Origin: Candidatus Thorarchaeota archaeon
GTDB taxonomy: Archaea; Asgardarchaeota; Thorarchaeia; Thorarchaeales; Thorarchaeaceae
Assembly: GCA_048884965.1 (NCBI GenBank)
Contig: JBHLQH010000061.1
Span: 1 to 13,875, forward strand
Direction: 5' to 3'
DNA: 13,875 bases
Shown here: piece after piece, positions 1-6,539 of the stretch
Numbering within the stretch: the first letter of the stretch is position 1
Layout: every line of letters starts with the position of its first letter
Notes under the pieces: generated by a model
What the model was told of the DNA's origin: nothing
The model's database searches: none
The model's input: only the letters and a program-made list of their open reading frames with translations
Translations under genes and position numbers: made by a program

Positions 1-52
1 GCCTAGGATAAAATACTACCATCTTACTAATTTACCGACATCGAAAAATGAT

Positions 53-256
53 ACGTGTACGAGCTTGATAGAGTACATCAAGAATCTCATAATGTACACT
101 TGTATAGTGGAAAACAAGAGGTTCTCGTGTACCCAGACAATTGATGTTCTGCTGAAGTCTACGTAGAATAACTCAAATCGCACAATAGAAGCTTGAGTAC
201 ACGTAAGACATACTTCCAATTCTCTCAGTACACGTTATAGAGTATAGGATACACGT
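53..256. repeat. Cluster of GTACACGT-like 8-mers (6 on + strand, 2 on - strand)
   Basis: + strand: GTACATCA 73, GTACACTT 94, GTCTACGT 157, GTACACGT 197, GTACACGT 228, ATACACGT 249. - strand: ACGTGTAC 53-60, TCGTGTAC 125-132. Confidence 0.75.
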
Positions 257-480
257 ATGAAGCCGAGCCTCTCTACTCGAGATAATCTAATGGATTGCAT
301 ATGAGATAGCACGAAGAAGTATTTGGTCGTCTGTAATACTTAGACAGTACCATTTTCATTTGGAATGAGGCCTTTGAGGCAATCCTTGACGTGTTATTTG
401 GGATCTCTGTCCTTCTATCACTTTGTCCAGTAGTAGCCCAGTAGATTTTCCATTTCCGATTTGGTAATTAAAAACATCGT

Positions 481-720
481 TTCTGATTTAATATATATTG
501 TCGTTTGTTCAAACACATGTCGAATATTTATTTTTCTATCCCTCAATTTTAGGTATTTCTATTTAATACAATATCTATCTAAGTTAATCATAAGTGCCAA
601 TAATGGAACAATATTGTACCATGTAAGGCATTATTGCTATAATAATTATAATACAATTATACTATTATTATAATAGATATATTGAATAGGTAAAGTGAAT
701 TCTTCTCTCTCGACTTCTTT
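481..720. other. AT-rich non-coding tract (possible DNA-unwinding element)
   Basis: Hand count: 57 G+C in 240 nt (about 24%), and only 3 G+C in 641-680. Coding regions are roughly 40% by spot counts. No credible ORF. Confidence 0.6.
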
Positions 721-1232
721 GATCCGTAATTATGTGTCATCATTGAAATGAACCGTATACCTAGAAAGTGTGGTATACAATCTACAACACTATTTTTGTA
801 TGAAATAACCCTGATTATCCTCGAAAAAGGGTAGCAATACACAGTAATTGAGTATGGTTTTTGATGATCTATGGGGTTGGGGTACCTATCCGTATTCGAA
901 AATTGAATACGGAAACTAAGGTCCTATTTTAGGAAAGGAATTGATGAACCTGGGAATCTTGATACAAGTGCATCGAAAATAATATGATGCCAATTTGTGC
1001 AAATCTATAACAAAATTAATGTAGCCTTTGAATATATGCTATTATGATATATCAAGAGGCACTTTATATAGATAATTAGATAATATTTTGATGTTACACT
1101 CAAAATGGATGATATTAACTATGGTGAAGTTGTGTGCTTTTTGAGAGTGATTGAGGGATAGAAAGAAGCTGACACCCTTGATGTTCATCAAAGAAATTGA
1201 GGGTTAGAAGAGTTGAATATTGAGGTTTTGAA
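533..1232. repeat. ATTGAGGG(A/T)TAGAA motif: perfect 15-bp inverted pair plus two direct copies
   Basis: TTTCTATCCCTCAAT (533-547) is the exact reverse complement of ATTGAGGGATAGAAA (1150-1164). Further copies: ATTGAGGGTTAGAA (1196-1209) and ATTGAGGTTTTGAA (1219-1232). Confidence 0.8.
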
Positions 1233-1389
1233 TAAATAAGTAATCACAAGTTCATTTTTATACCCTCTGTGAACACTCTTATCCGTGTCTGAGATACGCT
1301 AAGTTTAACTAAGACTATGCCTACACTAGATGCACTCGATATGTAGGATGGCTGTTGTTAGACTGAGCCGTTATAGGTAGGAAAACCCC

Positions 1390-1752
1390 ATGGTATCCAT
1401 ATTCATAATCGATGACGAACCGATTCTTCATAGGCTCTACAAGGATGTATTTGCAATCAAGGGACATGAGGTGGTTGCAGATGCATATGATGGTGAAGAA
1501 GCTGTTCAGAAGTATACTGAAATGGATCCCAAACCTGATGTATTGATTCTCGATCATCGAATGCCAAATAAAGACGGGCTCGAAGCGATGAAGGAGATAC
1601 TTGGAATAGAACCTTCCGCGAAAATAGTCTTCATCAGTGCAGATGCGAATGTGCGAGAAGAAGCTATGAAGAATGGAGCGATAAGCTTTGGACTTAAGCC
1701 TGTCACAATCAGACACATGCTAGATTTGGTCGAGACAGCTGTATCAAATTAA
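1390..1752 (+). CDS. Stand-alone response regulator receiver (CheY-like) protein
   Basis: IIDDE acidic pocket, LILDHRMP phospho-acceptor Asp, FISA switch Ser, GLKP Lys-Pro. 120 aa with no output domain. Confidence 0.95.
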   Translation: MVSIFIIDDEPILHRLYKDVFAIKGHEVVADAYDGEEAVQKYTEMDPKPDVLILDHRMPNKDGLEAMKEILGIEPSAKIVFISADANVREEAMKNGAISFGLKPVTIRHMLDLVETAVSN

Positions 1753-1786
1753 TTATTTACCTGTCAATACAATAGTATCAGAGAAT

Positions 1787-2167
1787 GTGACTGAATGGGT
1801 GAAATCTTTGAGAGTGGTAATCGCAGGTGATGTTCCCCTTTTGAAATCACTTGTCAGAATGGCAATTGAAGAAGCAGGTTATACTGTAATCGGAGAGCCT
1901 GACAATGTCGAAGATCTACTCGCTATTTGTAGTTCCCATAAAATCGGGATTGTGCTTCTCGACCTTTCAATATCGGATTCCGAAAGGATGCGTGTGATTG
2001 AGAAGATTCTGGATATCGATACATACATCTCGATTATTGCGATCTCTGATTTTGTCGACGATGACAACGAACAGGTGTTATTTGCAGGTGCTCGAGGTTT
2101 CCTGCAGAAGCCATTCTCCATGTTTGACCTCATTGACATGATGAAAAAGGTCGAGCCTATTCTTTGA
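1787..2167 (+). CDS. Stand-alone atypical receiver domain protein
   Basis: Receiver fold pattern: VVIAGD, IVLLDLS, IAISD, GARGFLQKPF. Acidic pocket and the MPxxDG loop are degenerate. GTG start (1799 is an alternative). Confidence 0.88.
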   Translation: MTEWVKSLRVVIAGDVPLLKSLVRMAIEEAGYTVIGEPDNVEDLLAICSSHKIGIVLLDLSISDSERMRVIEKILDIDTYISIIAISDFVDDDNEQVLFAGARGFLQKPFSMFDLIDMMKKVEPIL

Positions 2168-2920
2168 TCATTCTGGAAGACGCGCATCAGGAAATACTTC
2201 TATTCCATCATTCTGAATCCTGAACATCACTGGTTTCATCACATGATTGGCACCACGCAACTTGATGACTCTCAGCGTTCGTATGTAATCCCCTGTTGCA
2301 TAGATCGTATCTAGCTTTATGACGCCATCGCAGATGAAATACGGCATCTCGTCATTTTGAGCTCCACTAAGAGAACGAAGCTCATGTGTCAGAAGGACTG
2401 TGGTGTTCTGTAGCACAAGCTCCCGCATGAACCCATATACCATTTGTCTGACTTCGAATCTATTCCCTGCAAATTCAAGCAAGGGACCTAATCCATCAAC
2501 GACAATATGTGTTGCCTGAGTTTCCTCAGCTTTTTGCTTAACAAGATCTGCCAATCTTGGAACAGTAAATGGTTTTTCCCTGAAAAGTGGATGTTCGAAG
2601 GCTATTAGATAATCATATCCAGATTCGGTTGGTACCAATCGAAGGGTTCCGCTTAGTATAGCTAGTTTCTTTTCGGCAATTGCAGCATCAGGATTCCAAC
2701 CAAATGCTTTCATGTCTTCAATAATGATATCTGAGGACTCATCAAGTGAAAGAAGAACTGCTTTCTGACCCTTCTTTATTGCATCAAAGATGAAATGCCA
2801 AGTGATGATACTCTTTCCTGTTCCAGGACCTCCAGCAATCAACATTGAGCGTCCTTTGATATATCCACCATTTAGCAGCTGGTCTAATCCTTCAATCCCA
2901 CTACTAATTCGTTCTTTCAC
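2168..2920 (-). CDS. Single-domain KaiC/RAD55-family (RecA superfamily) ATPase
   Basis: ISSGIEGLDQLLNGG N-terminus, Walker A GGPGTGKS, SLDES (DE at the KaiC EE site), Walker B IVVDG, DGVIKL, and RTLRVIKLRG K-x-R finger. Confidence 0.93.
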   Translation of the reverse strand: MKERISSGIEGLDQLLNGGYIKGRSMLIAGGPGTGKSIITWHFIFDAIKKGQKAVLLSLDESSDIIIEDMKAFGWNPDAAIAEKKLAILSGTLRLVPTESGYDYLIAFEHPLFREKPFTVPRLADLVKQKAEETQATHIVVDGLGPLLEFAGNRFEVRQMVYGFMRELVLQNTTVLLTHELRSLSGAQNDEMPYFICDGVIKLDTIYATGDYIRTLRVIKLRGANHVMKPVMFRIQNDGIEVFPDARLPE

Positions 2921-3077
2921 CTTTCATCCTCTCAGCTCTAGTCCATCATAGTTTAAGATATATTATTTGTTAGCTTAGCCTAATCAGGCGAAGAGAACTA
3001 CTAGAACCCTTTTGATGCCGACATTTGGGTTCTCTGGTCGTTCAAAGACAAGCTAAGCGAGAGAGTGAAGAGGACTA

Positions 3078-4658
3078 TTGAAAGATAATCCTGTAATACC
3101 GGAATTTGCAATGTACGAGGACCGTCTTACTGACTCTGAGAAGAAGGAGATTGCAAACCGTTTGACATCAGGTTTCAGAACAGGAAAGGATAGATTCCTT
3201 CACTTCACGGATATACTATCTGAGTATGTTGGAAGCGGTGAATGGCACAATCTCAGTGATGGGTTTCTGGCAATGTGCGCAAAGGCTTCCTACCTTCGAG
3301 GAATGTATGGATACAACCAGCAGCTCGCAAAAGGGACGGACAATATTATCTGTAAGGGATATGCTGCAGCAGCATATTGTCGACAAAGTTTGGATCCTCG
3401 TTGGCTAAACAACCTGAGAACCTATGTCAACCAATCCTGGCAGGCGAAGGATTACATTGCCTTTGCAGAGCTATCCGGACAACTCGCTTCAATCCTTATT
3501 GATCTTGGTTACACTGAAAGAGCAAAGCAGGTGGCATCTGAGAGCATAGAGAAAGTGACACAGGCAACGGCAAAGGATCAGAAGATTCGCACTAAGGTGC
3601 AATCTGCCCTCTTACGTTCTAGAATCCTTATGGCAAATGTGGATATCCAAGCGGGGGCAAGGGATGATGCTCTTGTTCGACTAGATTCAGCTGAAGACAC
3701 AGCTCGAATTCTGAATAACGATCTTGCTCTCACGGATGTTCGCTACTATCGTGCGAAAGTCTTGGAAGAATCCAAGGAGTACGATAGAGCTACTGATCTA
3801 CTAAACGCGGCTATTCGAAAGTACGACCGTATGGGCTACCTTCAAGGTGTTGCTGATGCGAAGAACCTCCAGGGTGTCCTCTTCATGGAACGAGGATTTC
3901 ATCAAGAAGCACGTGATCACTTTGAGGAGTTATTAGTTATTCAGCAGCAATTGAATGACCAAGTGGGTCTGGCCAAGACTTTGATCAATGTCGGTGAGAT
4001 TGACAGAGGATTAGGTCAATACGATCAGATGGAAACCTATAATCAAAGAGCGTTGGAGATAAGTCAGGAAGCTGAATTCATGCGCGGAATCGCCATCTCA
4101 AAAATCAACCTCGGCGATGTGTCATTCCAAAGGGGTGATTTTGAGAGAGCACTAAGGTACTATAGCGAGAGTATGGAAGTCGTTGACTGCTCTGGTATGA
4201 AGGATTTGAGAAACCTAATCAGCTTCCTAATTGGCGATGCACTATTCATGTTAGAACGCCCCGAACAAGCTCTTGAAGCGTATTTAGTTGCGAAAAAGAA
4301 CGCACAGGAGGCGAACTATCTAACTGAGGTTTTCAATGCTGAGGTCAGCATTCTCGTAACTCAATACAAAACAGGACAATCTCCTGATCTCTCCATCCTA
4401 AAACGAATCAAGGATGTGATTGGGGATAGTCTAGAATGGAAACAAGCGTATGATAGCAGTATGATGAGAGACCTTAGAGCTAGTATCTTCCAAGACTCAT
4501 CAATTGAGGGTGATATGTGTATCTTCTATGACCGAGAGAAGAATTTCGAATGCAGAGTAGAAAGACAGAATTCAAAGACTGGTTGTACAGGAAATCTATT
4601 CTGGAAGATTTCGATATGTCCCTATTACATTGAATTTCTTGAGAAACTTGAGAAGTGA
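3078..4658 (+). CDS. Tetratricopeptide-repeat protein (40-residue TPR_12/MalT-like repeats) with C-terminal four-Cys motif
   Basis: Repeated units such as LAKTLINVGEIDRGLGQYDQMETYNQRALEI and IAISKINLGDVSFQRGDFERALRYYSESME. TTG start with a purine-rich GAAGAGGA upstream (ATG 3111 is an alternative). Confidence 0.9.
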   Translation: MKDNPVIPEFAMYEDRLTDSEKKEIANRLTSGFRTGKDRFLHFTDILSEYVGSGEWHNLSDGFLAMCAKASYLRGMYGYNQQLAKGTDNIICKGYAAAAYCRQSLDPRWLNNLRTYVNQSWQAKDYIAFAELSGQLASILIDLGYTERAKQVASESIEKVTQATAKDQKIRTKVQSALLRSRILMANVDIQAGARDDALVRLDSAEDTARILNNDLALTDVRYYRAKVLEESKEYDRATDLLNAAIRKYDRMGYLQGVADAKNLQGVLFMERGFHQEARDHFEELLVIQQQLNDQVGLAKTLINVGEIDRGLGQYDQMETYNQRALEISQEAEFMRGIAISKINLGDVSFQRGDFERALRYYSESMEVVDCSGMKDLRNLISFLIGDALFMLERPEQALEAYLVAKKNAQEANYLTEVFNAEVSILVTQYKTGQSPDLSILKRIKDVIGDSLEWKQAYDSSMMRDLRASIFQDSSIEGDMCIFYDREKNFECRVERQNSKTGCTGNLFWKISICPYYIEFLEKLEK

Positions 4659-4704
4659 GAAAATCTAACGTACTAGCAGTGATTTTTGAATGACACCACT
4701 TATG

Positions 4705-4712
4705 TATATAAG
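4705..4712 (+). promoter_or_regulatory. Candidate archaeal TATA box for the GvpD-like/REC/inactive-KaiC operon
   Basis: TATATAAG about 40 nt upstream of ATG 4752, with SD-like GGGGAT at 4740-4745. Confidence 0.4.
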
Positions 4713-4751
4713 GCCATTATAACAACTTCAATCGCAATAGGGGATCGTTGC

Positions 4752-6137
4752 ATGAGTACTATCGGTGGAATTCCTCCGAATATAGAGGAGGTGCTGTCAT
4801 CTGACAATAGCTTTGTATTGGTAGTGCTCGGTCCGCCTGGTACAGGAAAATCCTTGTTCGTACAGGAGATTGTAAGACGGTACGAAAGTTCATTGATGAT
4901 AATAACTAGTGCTGAAAACTATGTTACAACGAATCAAAATCTTTCACAGGATATTAAGAATTGGGATAAAAGACATCTATCGCTGCCCTATTGGCATCGA
5001 ATGAGTAAGGAATTACCTCAAGATGCAACATTGACGGAGAACCTCAAGATTCTCTTGGAAATAGATTCGGATATCCCCTCAGTAGATATTGTTATAGTAG
5101 ATTCATGGACCGATTTTCAGGAGCCAATTGATACCAGTAAGAGATATGCAATTCAGCAAACTCTGATTCATTCAGTCAGAAAAGAGAAGAAGAAACTAAT
5201 TCTAGTCACTGAAGGAACTTGGAGAGATCAAGATTCACTTTCATTGTTTCATTCTGCGGATGGAGTTATCCAATTAGAGAAGATTAGGGATAACCAAAGG
5301 ATGTTTCGTCAAATCGTGATCGAAAAGATGCGGTCACATCCGATTGGTCAAGATTCCTTTCTTTTTACTTTATATGATGGTCGATTCACATACATTCCAT
5401 GGTACAAACATGAATACCCTGCAATAACTGTTGAAAGAGACCCTATACCTGATGCCTCTCCAGAACATATGTCAACTGGAAATTCTAGTTTAGATCATCT
5501 TCTCTCTGGCGGTTTTGAGAAGGGCCGATTGACATTGGTTGAAGTAGATGATCTCTCGGTTCCATACTTGGAAACGATATACATTCCCTTCCTCTCAAAT
5601 CACCTTCAACAGGGACGCCCTGCAGTGATATTGCTGCCTGAAGGATGGTCTCCTGAAACCTTCTCCAAGAGTCTTTCTCAATTCGTAGACAAATCTCACG
5701 TTGATGAGCAGGTTGTGTTCTTTGGACGACAGGCCTTAGGCACCCATACGAATACCCGTGGCATTGACTTGGATCCATGGAAAACACTCCAAGAAATTCG
5801 CTATGAATCCGGGGTCCTCGAACGGAAATTCAACCATGAGGTGACAGAGCTATTCGCTTTGGATACGCTTGAGAATATGTATGGAGCAACGAATGTGCGA
5901 AGTTTGATGGCTGAGATCTCTGCTTCGTTATCATCAACGCAGCGATCAACAATTTCTGTCCTGAGCAAAGAGCAAGCGATACGAAGTGAATCTATTTCAC
6001 ATCACATCCACCTGAAAGTTCAAGAAATAAGCGGTGTACTTAGTGTGTGTGGCATCACTCCACGCACAAATTACTTGGCAGTTCGACAGATTCTCTCTGG
6101 TGGATTTCTTGATTATGATTTACTACCAATTGTATGA
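4752..6137 (+). CDS. GvpD-like two-domain KaiC-superfamily ATPase (intact N-domain, degenerate C-domain)
   Basis: IPPNIEE..LVVLGPPGTGKS Walker A, IVIVDSW Walker B, LILVTE, ADGVIQL..RQIVIEKMRS..FLFTLYDGRF. The second domain STGNSSLDHLLSGGFEKGRLTLVE lacks the P-loop GKT, as in GvpD. ATG 4752 is preferred over TTG 4686. Confidence 0.88.
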   Translation: MSTIGGIPPNIEEVLSSDNSFVLVVLGPPGTGKSLFVQEIVRRYESSLMIITSAENYVTTNQNLSQDIKNWDKRHLSLPYWHRMSKELPQDATLTENLKILLEIDSDIPSVDIVIVDSWTDFQEPIDTSKRYAIQQTLIHSVRKEKKKLILVTEGTWRDQDSLSLFHSADGVIQLEKIRDNQRMFRQIVIEKMRSHPIGQDSFLFTLYDGRFTYIPWYKHEYPAITVERDPIPDASPEHMSTGNSSLDHLLSGGFEKGRLTLVEVDDLSVPYLETIYIPFLSNHLQQGRPAVILLPEGWSPETFSKSLSQFVDKSHVDEQVVFFGRQALGTHTNTRGIDLDPWKTLQEIRYESGVLERKFNHEVTELFALDTLENMYGATNVRSLMAEISASLSSTQRSTISVLSKEQAIRSESISHHIHLKVQEISGVLSVCGITPRTNYLAVRQILSGGFLDYDLLPIV

Positions 6138-6147
6138 GTGATAAACT

Positions 6148-6525
6148 ATGACGAAAAACAAGATCTTGGTCGTGGACGACGAAGAGATTACAACGGAACT
6201 GGCGAAGAAATTCTTGGAACGTCATGGATTTGAGGTTATTTGTGCCTACGACGGAGAAACCGCGTTGGAAACAGCTATTACCGAGAAACCAGATTTGATC
6301 CTCCTTGATGTCATGCTTCCAAAACTTGATGGATTTGAGGTCTGCAGGCGTTTGAAGAGCAGGGAGGAATTCAAAGCAATACCAATTCTAATGTTCACAG
6401 CTAAAGGATTGAGCAAAGACATCCAAGAGGGTGAGGAAGCCGGAGCTGATGAATATATCATTAAGCCCTTTTCAGGAAAGGCATTGGTTGCAACAATTAA
6501 GAAGCATCTGCGACTTGAGGAGTGA
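6148..6525 (+). CDS. Stand-alone response regulator receiver protein (canonical)
   Basis: ILVVDDE, LILLDVMLPKLDG, MFTA, ADEYIIKPF. 125 aa with no output domain. Confidence 0.95.
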   Translation: MTKNKILVVDDEEITTELAKKFLERHGFEVICAYDGETALETAITEKPDLILLDVMLPKLDGFEVCRRLKSREEFKAIPILMFTAKGLSKDIQEGEEAGADEYIIKPFSGKALVATIKKHLRLEE

Positions 6526-6539
6526 GAGGTTATTATCAA

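Noticed and set aside
53-256. CRISPR array interpretation of the repeated boxes
   Set aside because: Repeats are only about 8 bp, occur in both orientations and are irregularly spaced. No cas genes are present.
16-842. Short ORFs 16-219 (-), 461-673 (+) and 657-842 (-)
   Set aside because: No recognisable motifs. The latter two have the Ile/Tyr/Asn/Phe-rich composition expected from AT-rich non-coding DNA, and the first runs through the repeat array.
533-1164. Definite IS/MITE call from the 15-bp inverted repeats
   Set aside because: No target-site duplication, no transposase remnant, and extra copies lie outside the putative right end. Kept only as an alternative hypothesis.
1084-1200. Protein-like stretch YFDVTLKMDDINYGEVVCFLRVIEG* as a pseudogene
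   Set aside because: Only about 25 codons between stops, with no recognisable family.
1390-2167. Chemotaxis cheY assignment
   Set aside because: No cheA, cheW, MCP, cheF or archaellum genes nearby, and stand-alone receivers are common in archaea.
4752-6137. Gas-vesicle operon / gvpD gene symbol
   Set aside because: No structural gvp genes or gvpE in the window. Family resemblance alone does not establish function.
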